Under the pieces are notes generated by a model, which did no database searches, was not told where the DNA came from, and saw only the letters and a list, made by a program, of their open reading frames with translations. The position numbers and the translations under genes are program-made. A DNA stretch of 32,000 nucleotides from Alkalilimnicola ehrlichii MLHE-1 (GTDB lineage: Bacteria; Pseudomonadota; Gammaproteobacteria; Nitrococcales; Halorhodospiraceae): the NCBI RefSeq assembly GCF_000014785.1, contig NC_008340.1, positions 2,400,001 to 2,432,000 on the forward strand, written 5' to 3'. Below, piece by piece: positions 8,392-18,856 of this stretch (its first letter is position 1; every line of letters starts with the position of its first letter).

Positions 8392-11031
8392 ATGACAACA
8401 CACTACGAAGATCGCGTGGTCTCCACCGGGATCGACGGCCTGGACCAAGTGCTGGACGGACTGCGCATCGGCGACAACGTGGTTTGGCGGGTGGACGACC
8501 TGGATGACTACCGGCGGTTCGTCCGCCCGTTCGTGGATGCCGCCCAGGCCCAGGGCCGCTCCATCATCTACCTGCGCTATGGCCAGCACGCCCCGCTGCT
8601 GAGCCCGGACGAGGGCATCCGCATCGTCAGCCTCGACGCCCTGGGCGGCTTTGAGGCCTTCACCCGGCAGGTCTACCAGCTGATCACCGACCATGGTCAC
8701 GGCGCCTTCTATGTCTGTGACTGCCTCTCCGACCTGCTCAACGCCTGGGCCACCGACTATATGGTGGGCAATTTCTTCCAGGTAATCTGCCCCTATCTCT
8801 ACGAACTGGATACCGTGGCCTACTTCGCGCTGCTGCCGCACAGCCACTCCCACGGCACCCTCGCGCGGATTCGCGAGACCACCCAGGTGCTAATCGACGT
8901 GCGGCGGGCGGACAACGAGATGCAGGTCCAGCCGGTTAAGGTCTGGCAGCGCCACTCTCCCACCATGTTCCTGCCCCACCGCCAGCGTGGCGAGCGGTTC
9001 CTACCCGTGGTGGACAGCAGCGACGCCACCCGGCTGCAGGCCCAGCTCGAGCAGCGCCACCAGCAGTTGAGCCAGCAACGGCTACTGGATTACTGGGATC
9101 GGCTCTTCCTGCGGGCCTCCCAGGTGTTGTCCGAGGACCACAACACCACCGCCCGCGAGGCCGTGCGCGACCAGATCCTCAACGTGCTGATCTGCCGTGA
9201 GCCCCGCATGCAGGCGCTGGCCCGGCGCTACCTCAACCTGGAGGACCTGCTGGGGATCCGGGCACGGATGATCGGCAGCGGCTATATCGGCGGCAAGGCG
9301 GTGGGCATGTTGCTGGCCCGGCGCATCCTGCTGGAACACGCTCCCGGGACCTGGGCAGAGCATCTGGAACCCCACGACTCCTACCACCTGGGCTCCGATG
9401 TCTACTACGCCTACATCGTCCACAACGGCTGGTGGCCACGGCTGATGCGGCAACGCACCGATGCGGGCTACTTTGAGGAGGGCCGCGCCCTGCACCAGGC
9501 CATGCTGCAGGGGCGGATGCCGCCGGAGGTACGCCAGGAGCTGGAGCGCATGCTGGACCACTACGGCCAGTACCCCATCCTGGTGCGTTCCAGCAGCCTG
9601 ATGGAGGACGGCTTCGGCAACGCCTTCGCCGGAAAGTACGAGAGCATCTTCTGCGTCAACCAGGGGGACCCCGAAGAGCGACTGGCCCGCCTGGAGGACG
9701 CCATCCGCCAGGTCTACGCCTCCACCATGAGCGAAGACGCCCTGGTCTACCGCCGCCAGCGCGGGCTGTCCCACCAGGAGGAGCCCATGGCCCTGCTGCT
9801 CCAGCGGGTCAACGGGCGCTACCACGACCACCTCTACCTGCCCGACGCCGCCGGGGTGGGCGTCTCACGCAACACCTTCGTCTGGGATGCGGACATGGAC
9901 CCGGCCGCCGGGATGCTGCGCCTGGTCATGGGCCTGGGCACCCGTGCCGTTGATCGCATCGAGGGCGACCACGCCTGCGTCGTCGCCCTCGACCAGCCCC
10001 ACAAGCGCCCCTACCGCAACCGCGACGACGTCTACCGCTTCTCCCAGCACCTGGTGGACGTGCTTGACATCAACGACAACGAGCACCAGTCGGTGCCCCT
10101 GCGCGACCTGGTGGCACAGGCGCGGAGCCTGCCCCTGGCCCGCCTGGGGGAGCAGGACCGGGAGGCCACCCGGCGCGCCCGCAGCCTGGGCCACGACAGC
10201 CCGGTCTGGCGCCTGACCTTCGACCCGCTGCTGCGTGATAAGGCCTTCGTACCCCTGGCACAGGACCTGCTGCAGACCCTGGAGGCCGCCTACGAGCACC
10301 CGGTGGACGTGGAGTTCACCGTGCACCTGGACGCCCAGGGTTCGCCCAGCTTCAACATCGTGCAGTGCCGCCCACTGGCCACCCTGGGCGCCAACCAGGA
10401 CCCGGTGCGGCTGCCCGCCCGGGTCGCCCCGGAGCGGCTGTTCTTCGCCACCCGCGGCCACTTCATGGGCGGCAACATCGACCTGCGCATTGCCCGCATC
10501 ATCCACGTGGACGGACCGCGCTACGCCGCCTTAAGCACCAGCCAGAAGTACGCGGTGGCCCGCCTGGTGGGGAGCTTGAACCGGGCCATGGCCGACCGCA
10601 TCGCCTGTCCGGTGATGCTCATCGGCCCCGGCCGCTGGGGCACCAGCAGCCCGGAGCTCGGCGTGCCGGTGCGCTTCGCCGATATCAGCAAGGTGGCCGT
10701 GCTGGTGGAGGTGGCCGAACTGGGCGCCGGCATGGTGCCGGACCTCTCCTTCGGCTCGCACTTCTTCCAGGACCTGGTGGAGTCAGAGATCGCCTACGTG
10801 GCCCTGTTCCCGGGCGAGCGCGACAGCGACTACCAGCCCGACTGGCTGGAGCGGCTCCCCGGCCATTGTCGTTTGCCATTGGACGCCGCTCCGTCCGATG
10901 TTGAGACCGTGGAGGACCCGGCGGTGGCGGCCGTGGTGAGCCACTTCCAGGTCAATGATCAGGGCCTGCGGGTGGTGGCGGACGTGGTCCGGCAGCGCCT
11001 GTTCTGCTTTCAGCCGGAGGAGACCGCCTGA
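8392..11031 (+). CDS. Fusion protein: N-terminal KaiC/RecA-like domain with degenerate Walker A, then PEP synthase/PPDK N-terminal-type ATP-grasp domain; no swivelling His domain
   Basis: N-term STGIDGLDQVLDGLRIGDNVVWRVDDLDDY (KaiC-like, lacks GKT/S), HGAFYVCDCLSDLL. Middle GGKAVGMLLARRILL, ILVRSSSLMEDGFGNAFAGKYESIF, VMGLGTRAVDR, VDVEFTVHLDAQGSPSFNIVQCRPL. C-term VMLIGPGRWGTSSPELGVPVRFADISK...GSHFFQDLVESEIAY. Confidence 0.8.
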   Translation: MTTHYEDRVVSTGIDGLDQVLDGLRIGDNVVWRVDDLDDYRRFVRPFVDAAQAQGRSIIYLRYGQHAPLLSPDEGIRIVSLDALGGFEAFTRQVYQLITDHGHGAFYVCDCLSDLLNAWATDYMVGNFFQVICPYLYELDTVAYFALLPHSHSHGTLARIRETTQVLIDVRRADNEMQVQPVKVWQRHSPTMFLPHRQRGERFLPVVDSSDATRLQAQLEQRHQQLSQQRLLDYWDRLFLRASQVLSEDHNTTAREAVRDQILNVLICREPRMQALARRYLNLEDLLGIRARMIGSGYIGGKAVGMLLARRILLEHAPGTWAEHLEPHDSYHLGSDVYYAYIVHNGWWPRLMRQRTDAGYFEEGRALHQAMLQGRMPPEVRQELERMLDHYGQYPILVRSSSLMEDGFGNAFAGKYESIFCVNQGDPEERLARLEDAIRQVYASTMSEDALVYRRQRGLSHQEEPMALLLQRVNGRYHDHLYLPDAAGVGVSRNTFVWDADMDPAAGMLRLVMGLGTRAVDRIEGDHACVVALDQPHKRPYRNRDDVYRFSQHLVDVLDINDNEHQSVPLRDLVAQARSLPLARLGEQDREATRRARSLGHDSPVWRLTFDPLLRDKAFVPLAQDLLQTLEAAYEHPVDVEFTVHLDAQGSPSFNIVQCRPLATLGANQDPVRLPARVAPERLFFATRGHFMGGNIDLRIARIIHVDGPRYAALSTSQKYAVARLVGSLNRAMADRIACPVMLIGPGRWGTSSPELGVPVRFADISKVAVLVEVAELGAGMVPDLSFGSHFFQDLVESEIAYVALFPGERDSDYQPDWLERLPGHCRLPLDAAPSDVETVEDPAVAAVVSHFQVNDQGLRVVADVVRQRLFCFQPEETA

Positions 11032-11057
11032 GCGGCGCCATCGGCGCCACCCGAGCG

Positions 11058-11096
11058 AAAAAAACCGCCCGGGGCGGATGGCCCGCGGGCGGTTTT
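11058..11096. terminator. Bidirectional Rho-independent terminator between convergent CDSs
   Basis: AAAACCGCCCG (11061-11071) / CGGGCGGTTTT (11086-11096) perfect 11-bp stem. Seven T on the - strand after the hairpin, four T on the + strand. Confidence 0.85.
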
Positions 11097-11134
11097 CCAG
11101 GGCGGCATTACCGCCGCGATCGGGCCACACCCGA

Positions 11135-12561
<1,427 letters not shown>

Positions 12562-12636
12562 TTCAGGGGCGGGGATTTTGCACCAAAATCGAACAGATTG
12601 ACATCTTTGGGCCTGTATCGATTCGTCGCACGCCAA

Positions 12637-12665
12637 GACGCCGGCCCCTCTCTGGGGCCGGCGTC
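12637..12665 (-). terminator. GC-rich hairpin downstream of fadE, possible terminator without U-tract
   Basis: GACGCCGGCCCC - TCTCT - GGGGCCGGCGTC, perfect 12-bp stem. Only TT follows on the - strand. Confidence 0.45.
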
Positions 12666-12705
12666 CCGGTCCGGATGCTCCGTTTCTGCGCGGGCCGCGG
12701 GGCGG

Positions 12706-15180
12706 TTACCCGGTGGCCTGGCGCCGCCAGTGGGCGGCACCGGATCGCCCCGCCGGGGCGGCGGGGCTGATCGCCTCCGGCGGGAAGGCATCGGTGATGA
12801 TGCAGTCGTAGCGCAGGTGCTCCCAGGCCTGCAGTTGCTCGGCCTCGGCCGCGGTGATGAGCCCCTTGCCACGGGCGTCGGCGATGCGCTCGGCGAAACT
12901 GAAGCCCTGCGCCTCCCCCTTGGCCACCCACTTCTGGAAGCGGTTATAGAGGGGCTCCACCGCCACCAGGGTCCGCAGCGCCACCTCCATCCGGCCCATG
13001 GGGTCGTCCCGGTCATCCTCCGCCCAGTAGCCGATCGCGGTCACTCGCTCACGGACGCCACCGGGCTCCATCAGGGCCTCGGCCACCCGCTGGCCGTCGC
13101 GGTCGGCGGCCGGGTGGTAAGGCCGCCCGAGGGGGAAGATCACCCGGCGCAGGACGCCGGCCAGCAACCGGTTCGGAAAGTTACGAAGGAAGCCGTCGAA
13201 GGCCTCGTAGATGGCGTTGAGCGAGTCGTCGAGGGCCCAGCGCAGGAAGGGGCGCTCGGCCTCCGGGCTCCCGGCGTCCTCGTGGAACTTGAGCACCGCC
13301 GAGGCCAGGTAAAGGTGGCTGAGCACATCCCCCAGGCGGGCTGAGAGCCGTTCCCGGCGCTTCAGGTCGCCCCCCAGCACCCCCATGGCCACATCGGAGA
13401 CAAAGGCAAGGGCCGCACTCATGCGCGAGAGCTCCCGATAGTAGGGGGCGGTGGCCCCCTTGACCGGACTGTCGCCGAGGCGGGCACCGGTCAGCCCCAG
13501 GACGAAGGCGCGCACACCGCGGTTCAGCGAATACCCGATATGGCTGAACAGCAACCGGTCGAAACCGGCCAGGTCGTCCTTGCGCGCCGCCTCCATCTCC
13601 GGAAAGACGTAGGGGTGGCAGCGGATGGCCCCCTGACCGAAGATCATCAGGTTCCGGGTGAGGATGTTGGCCCCCTCCACCGTAATGCCCACTGGGATGG
13701 CCTGGTAGCCGTAGCCCAGGTAGTTGCGCGGCCCGAAGATGATGCCGCGCCCCCCGTGCACGTCCATGGCGTCGTTCAGGGAGGTGCGCATCATCTCGGT
13801 CATGTGGTACTTGGCGATGGCCGAGACCACGGAGGGCTTCACCCCCAGATCGCCCGCGCTGGCCGTGAGCCGCCGGGCCGCTTCCAGCCGGTAGGCATAG
13901 CCGCCAATCCGCGCCATGGCGGCCTGCACCCCTTCGAACTTGCCGATGGGCAGCTTGAACTGCCGGCGGATGCGGGCGTAGGCGCCGGTCATGCGCGCGC
14001 TCATGTGACCGGCGGCGGTGCCCAATGCGGGCAGGGAGATGGCTCGGCCCACCGACAGGCACTCCATCAGCATGCGCCAGCCGCGGCCGGCCATCTCCGG
14101 CCCGCCGATGATCCAGTCGAGCGGGATGAAGACATCCTCGCCCTGCACCGGGCCGTTCATGAAGGCCATCCCCATGGGGAAGTGGCGCTCCCCCACCTGC
14201 ACCCCCGGGTGGTCGGTGGGCACCAGGGCACAGGTGATACCGCAGTCCCGCTCACCGCCCAGCAGCCCGTCCGGGTCGTGCAGCTTGAAGGCCAGACCCA
14301 GCACCGTGGCCACCGGCGCCAGGGTGATATAGCGCTTGCTGAAGCTCAGGCGGATGCCCAGCACCTCCCGGCCCTCATGCTCGCCCCGACAGACCACCCC
14401 GTAGTCGGGCATGGCCGCCGCATCGGAGCCCACATCCGGGCCGGTGAGGGCGAAACAGGGGATCTCGCGGCCGTCGGCCAGGCGCGGCAGCCAGTAGTCC
14501 TTCTGCGCCTGGGTGCCGTATTGCATCAACAGCTCACCCGGCCCCAGGGAGTTGGGCACCATTACCGTCACCGCGGCGGAGATATTGCGGGTGGCAATGC
14601 GGGTGACCACGCAGCTCTGGGCGTAACTGGAAAACGCCCGGCCGCCGTACTGCCTGGGGATGATCAGGCTGAAGAAGCGCTCACGGCGGATGAAGTCCCA
14701 CACCTCGGCGGGCAGATCGTGCGCCTCGCGCTCGATCCGGTCGTTATCCAGCATCCGGCAGAGTGTCGCCACCTGGTTATCCAGAAAGGCCTGCTCCTCA
14801 TCGCTGAGCCGGGTCACCGGGGTCTCGCGCAGGCGCTGCCAGTCCGGCCGGCCCTGGAAGAGCTCGCCTTCCCACCAGGTGTCCCCGGCCTCCAGGGCCT
14901 CGCGCTCGGTGGTGGTCATGGGCGGCAACACCCGCTTGAAGGCCTGGAACAGGGGCCGGGTGATCACCCGCCGGCGCAACGCCGGCAGGTTGAACAGTAA
15001 CGCCACCGGTGCCAACACCAGCGCGGCGAGAGCCACCGCCGCGCCGGACGCCGCGCCGACAACCCAGAGGCCCAGCAGGTAGAGGGCCACGGCCGCTGTC
15101 CATACCGGCAGCCGTGCGCCGGCATAAGCCAGGGCCAGAAAGCCCGCCAGGGCCACCGCGATCGCAAAGATGAGGGTCAT
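12706..15180 (-). CDS. fadE: Acyl-CoA dehydrogenase, E. coli FadE-type (large form), copy 1
   Basis: N-terminal hydrophobic segment; GDTWWEGELFQGRPDW, PCFALTGPDVGSDAAAMPD, DVHGGRGIIFGPRNYLGYGYQAIPVGITVEGANILTRNLMIFGQGAIRCHP. ATG at 15180 preferred over 15210. Confidence 0.92.
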   Translation of the reverse strand: MTLIFAIAVALAGFLALAYAGARLPVWTAAVALYLLGLWVVGAASGAAVALAALVLAPVALLFNLPALRRRVITRPLFQAFKRVLPPMTTTEREALEAGDTWWEGELFQGRPDWQRLRETPVTRLSDEEQAFLDNQVATLCRMLDNDRIEREAHDLPAEVWDFIRRERFFSLIIPRQYGGRAFSSYAQSCVVTRIATRNISAAVTVMVPNSLGPGELLMQYGTQAQKDYWLPRLADGREIPCFALTGPDVGSDAAAMPDYGVVCRGEHEGREVLGIRLSFSKRYITLAPVATVLGLAFKLHDPDGLLGGERDCGITCALVPTDHPGVQVGERHFPMGMAFMNGPVQGEDVFIPLDWIIGGPEMAGRGWRMLMECLSVGRAISLPALGTAAGHMSARMTGAYARIRRQFKLPIGKFEGVQAAMARIGGYAYRLEAARRLTASAGDLGVKPSVVSAIAKYHMTEMMRTSLNDAMDVHGGRGIIFGPRNYLGYGYQAIPVGITVEGANILTRNLMIFGQGAIRCHPYVFPEMEAARKDDLAGFDRLLFSHIGYSLNRGVRAFVLGLTGARLGDSPVKGATAPYYRELSRMSAALAFVSDVAMGVLGGDLKRRERLSARLGDVLSHLYLASAVLKFHEDAGSPEAERPFLRWALDDSLNAIYEAFDGFLRNFPNRLLAGVLRRVIFPLGRPYHPAADRDGQRVAEALMEPGGVRERVTAIGYWAEDDRDDPMGRMEVALRTLVAVEPLYNRFQKWVAKGEAQGFSFAERIADARGKGLITAAEAEQLQAWEHLRYDCIITDAFPPEAISPAAPAGRSGAAHWRRQATG

Positions 15181-15196
15181 GGTTGTCTCCTCCACC

Positions 15197-16387
15197 TCAC
15201 ATCCGCTCAAACAGACCGGCCGCGCCCATGCCGGTGCCCACGCACATGGTCACCAGGCCGTAGCGGCCGCCGGTGCGGCGCAGTCCGTGCACCAGGGTGG
15301 CGGTACGGATGGCACCGGTGGCCCCCAGCGGATGGCCCAGTGCGATGGCCCCGCCCTGCGGGTTGATCCGCTCCGGGTCCAGCTCCAGGTCGCGCATCAC
15401 CGCAAGGCTCTGGGCGGCGAAGGCCTCGTTGAGCTCCACCCAGTCCACGTCGGCCGCCCGGAGGCCGGCCTGTCGCAACACCCGCGGCACCGCCTCCACC
15501 GGCCCGATGCCCATGATCTCCGGCGCCACCCCGGCCACCGAGAAGCCGACGAAGCGCGCCAGCGGCGTCAACCCCAGGGCGCTGACCCGGCGCTCGCTCA
15601 TCAGCACCACGGCGCCGGCGCCGTCACTCATCTGCGAGCTGTTCCCCGGGGTGACGCTGCCCCGGGCCGCGAAGGACGGCTTGAGCTTGGCCAGCGCCTC
15701 GGCGCTGGTCTCCGGCCGCGGCCCCTCATCGCTGTCCACCACCCGCTCCTGCAGGGCCACCGCGCCCCCCTGCGGGTCCAGCACCGACTCGCGCACGGTG
15801 TAGGGCAGGATCTCGTCGCGGAAGTGCCCCGCCTCGGTGGCGGCCACCGCCCGCTGGTGGCTGCGCAGGGCGAAGGCGTCCTGCGCCTCACGCCCCACAC
15901 CCCAGCGCTCGGCCACCTTCTCGGCGGTGATACCCATGCCGTAGGCGATGGCCCGATGCGGGTCGTCCTGGAACAGGGCGGGGTTGAACTGTGGCTTGTG
16001 GCCCATCATGGGCACTTGGCTCATGGACTCGGTGCCACCGGCCACCACCACGTCGGCCTCGCCCAGACGGATGCGGTCGGCGGCCAGGGCCACCGCCTGC
16101 AGCCCCGAGGCGCAAAAGCGGTTGACGGTGTAACCGGGCACCCGGTCCGGCAGCCCGGCCAGCAGGGCACCGATGCGGGCCACGTTCAGCCCCTGGCTGC
16201 CCTCGGGCATGGCGCAGCCGACGATCACGTCGGCGATCTCGGCCGGATCCAGCCCCGGGCACCGGTCCACGGCGCCGCGGATCACGTGGGCCAGCAGATC
16301 GTCCGGGCGGGTGTGGCGGAAGGCGCCGCGCGGGGCCTTGCCCACCGGGGTGCGCTGGGCGGCGACGATGTATACGGTTTCAGTCAT
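15197..16387 (-). CDS. fadA: Acetyl-CoA C-acyltransferase (thiolase), FadA-type
   Basis: VNRFCASGLQAVALAADRIRLGEADVVVAGGTESMSQVP, NPQGGAIALGHPLGATGAI, CVGTGMGAAGLFE. Confidence 0.92.
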   Translation of the reverse strand: MTETVYIVAAQRTPVGKAPRGAFRHTRPDDLLAHVIRGAVDRCPGLDPAEIADVIVGCAMPEGSQGLNVARIGALLAGLPDRVPGYTVNRFCASGLQAVALAADRIRLGEADVVVAGGTESMSQVPMMGHKPQFNPALFQDDPHRAIAYGMGITAEKVAERWGVGREAQDAFALRSHQRAVAATEAGHFRDEILPYTVRESVLDPQGGAVALQERVVDSDEGPRPETSAEALAKLKPSFAARGSVTPGNSSQMSDGAGAVVLMSERRVSALGLTPLARFVGFSVAGVAPEIMGIGPVEAVPRVLRQAGLRAADVDWVELNEAFAAQSLAVMRDLELDPERINPQGGAIALGHPLGATGAIRTATLVHGLRRTGGRYGLVTMCVGTGMGAAGLFERM

Positions 16388-16422
16388 GGTCTCTCACTCC
16401 TCCATTCGGTAACCGCACCGGC

Positions 16423-18840
16423 TCAGTTGCGCAACGGCTTGCCCGTCTTGAGCATATGGACGATGCGCTCGCGGGTCTTGTCGCTGCGCAGCAGCGCCAT
16501 GAACGGCTCGCGCTCCAGCTTCAGCAGCCACCCCTCGGGGACCGTGCTCTCGGCCTCCACCTCGCCCCCGCAGAGGGCGGCGGCGGCGTGCTCGGCCACC
16601 GCAAAGTCGTGGTCGGAGATGAAGCCGCCGGCGTGCAGGTTGACCAACTGCGCCTTCAGGTTGGCCAGCCCCGCCTTGCCGGCCACCCGCACCGGGGTCT
16701 CCAGCGGCGGCCGGTAGCCCGACTCGGCCAGGGCCCGGGCATGGGCGTGGGCGACGTGCAGGATCTCGTGGGGGTTGAGCACCACGGTGTCGGAGGGGCG
16801 CAGCAGGCCGAATCGTCTCGCCTCCACGGCACTGCGGGCGACCTTGCCCATGGCGATCATCTCGAAGTAGTTGCGGATAAAGGGGAAGACGTCGCCGTCC
16901 GGGGTGAGCGCGGAGGCGCGCCGGGCGAGCTCCTTGCAGCCGCCACCGGCCGGAATCAGCCCGACGCCCGCCTCCACCAGCCCCAGGTAGCTCTCCAGCG
17001 CCGCCACCACGTGGTCACAATGCATGACGAACTCGCAGCCACCCCCCAGGGCCATACCGCGTACCGCCCCCACCACCGGGATGCGGGCCTGGCGCAAACG
17101 GCCGGTGGCCTGCTGGAAGCGGGCCACCATCGCCGCCAGGGCGTCGTAGTCCTCCCGCTCCAGGGCGTCGACCACCTGCTTGAGGTTGGCGCCCACGCTG
17201 AAGGGCGCCTTCGGCTGCCAGAGCACCAGGGCGCGGTAGCGCTGCTCGGCCTCGGCCACCGCCGCCAGCACCCCCTCCAGCACGTCGGCACCGATGGCGT
17301 TCTGCGGGGTGCGGAAGCTGAGGATGCCCACGTCCGCCTGCAGGTGCCACAGGCGCACCGCGTCGGTCTCGAAGGTGGTGACCCCGGTCTCCTGGTCGGC
17401 CTCGCCCAGCACCCGGTCGGGGAAGTACTGGCGCTGGTAGACCGGCAGCTCCGAGCGCGGGTGCCAGCCGTAGTCGAGCGCACTCCAGGAGGCCTCGGGG
17501 CGGTGCACGGCGTCGAGGGTGTCCACCCAGTCGGGCAGCGGCACCGCGGCCAGGGCCTGCCCGCTCTCAATATCCGCCCGGATCCACTGCGCCACCCGCT
17601 GCCAACCGGCCGCCTGCCAGGTCTCGAACGGCCCCAGCGTCCAGCCAAAACCCCAGCGCATGGCCAGATCCACGTCGCGGGCGTTGTCGGCGATCTCACC
17701 CAGCCAGTAGGCGGCGTAGTGGAAGACATCCCGCTGGATGGCCCACAGGAACCGCGCCTGGGGGTGGTCGCTGTCGTGCAGGGCCGCCAACTTCTTCGCC
17801 GGGTCCCGCTCGGCCAGGATGGCCTGCAGCGCCTCGTCCGCCTGCTGTCGGGCGTCCCGGTAGTCGCCGCGTGCCGGGTCGAAGACCTGGATCCGGCCCG
17901 CCTGTTTGCGATAGACCCCGCAGCGGGTCTTCTGTCCCAGCGCCCCCTGCGCCACCAGACCGTCCAACCAGTCGGGCAGGTGGATGTACCCCTGCCACGG
18001 GTCCTCGTCCAGCAGCTTCGCCGAGCCGGCGACCACGTGCTGCAGGGTATCGAGGCCCACCACATCGGCGGTGCGGAAGGTGGCCGACTTGGGCCGGCCG
18101 ATGGCCGGTCCGGTCAGCGCATCCACCACGTCGGCGGGGATGCCCAGGCGCTCGGCGTGGTGAAGGGTGGCGGCGATGGAGAAGACCCCGATGCGGTTGG
18201 CCACGAAGTTGGGGGTGTCCCGGGCCCGGATCACCCCCTTGCCCAGGGTGCCCACCAGGAAGGTCTCCAACTCGTCCAGCACCGCCGGGCGGGTGGACCG
18301 GCTGGGGATCAACTCCACCAGCGGCATGTAGCGGGGCGGGTTGAAGAAATGCACACCGCAGAAGCGCTCGCGCACCGCGTCGGGAAGCACCTCGGCCAGG
18401 GCGTTGATGGACAACCCGGAGGTGTTACTGGCCAGCAGCACCTCGGCGGGCAGATGGGGCGCGATGCGGGCGAACAGCTCGCGCTTCAGATCCAGCCGCT
18501 CGGCGATGGCCTCGATGACGAAATCGCAGTCGCCCAGTTGCCCCAGGCCGGTGTCGTAGTTGGCCGGCACGATCCGGTCGGCCACCGCCGGCTCGGCCAG
18601 CGGGGTGGGCTGTGCCTTGCGCAGCCCCTGGATAGCCTTGCGGGCATTGGCGTCCTTATCGGCACCCCCGGCGGGCAGCTCGAAGAGCACGGTCTCCACC
18701 CCGGCGTTGACCAGGTGGGCAGCGATCTGTGCCCCCATCACCCCGGCACCCAACACGGCGGCGCGGCGGATGTAGCGGGGCCGGCGCTCGGAGCCGGCGC
18801 CGGCCCGGGGTGCCATCCGGCTTTTCAGTACTGAACTCAT
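16423..18840 (-). CDS. Bifunctional 3-hydroxyacyl-CoA dehydrogenase / enoyl-CoA hydratase with HAD domain N-terminal and ECH domain C-terminal
   Basis: RRAAVLGAGVMGAQIAAHLVNAGVETVLFELP (NAD-binding) at the N-terminus; IPVVGAVRGMALGGGCEFVMHCDHVVAALESYLGLVEAGVGLIPAGGG (crotonase) at the C-terminus. ATG at 18840. Confidence 0.92.
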   Translation of the reverse strand: MSSVLKSRMAPRAGAGSERRPRYIRRAAVLGAGVMGAQIAAHLVNAGVETVLFELPAGGADKDANARKAIQGLRKAQPTPLAEPAVADRIVPANYDTGLGQLGDCDFVIEAIAERLDLKRELFARIAPHLPAEVLLASNTSGLSINALAEVLPDAVRERFCGVHFFNPPRYMPLVELIPSRSTRPAVLDELETFLVGTLGKGVIRARDTPNFVANRIGVFSIAATLHHAERLGIPADVVDALTGPAIGRPKSATFRTADVVGLDTLQHVVAGSAKLLDEDPWQGYIHLPDWLDGLVAQGALGQKTRCGVYRKQAGRIQVFDPARGDYRDARQQADEALQAILAERDPAKKLAALHDSDHPQARFLWAIQRDVFHYAAYWLGEIADNARDVDLAMRWGFGWTLGPFETWQAAGWQRVAQWIRADIESGQALAAVPLPDWVDTLDAVHRPEASWSALDYGWHPRSELPVYQRQYFPDRVLGEADQETGVTTFETDAVRLWHLQADVGILSFRTPQNAIGADVLEGVLAAVAEAEQRYRALVLWQPKAPFSVGANLKQVVDALEREDYDALAAMVARFQQATGRLRQARIPVVGAVRGMALGGGCEFVMHCDHVVAALESYLGLVEAGVGLIPAGGGCKELARRASALTPDGDVFPFIRNYFEMIAMGKVARSAVEARRFGLLRPSDTVVLNPHEILHVAHAHARALAESGYRPPLETPVRVAGKAGLANLKAQLVNLHAGGFISDHDFAVAEHAAAALCGGEVEAESTVPEGWLLKLEREPFMALLRSDKTRERIVHMLKTGKPLRN

Positions 18841-18856
18841 CGTCTCCTCCCTCTTC

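Noticed and set aside
16456-18834. 792-aa plus-strand ORF opposite the HAD-ECH gene; also 20757..22946 (+) and 13540..15000 (+) opposite the fadE genes
   Set aside because: All mirror well-supported acyl-CoA metabolism genes and show the same His/Gln/Gly/Arg-rich artefactual composition.
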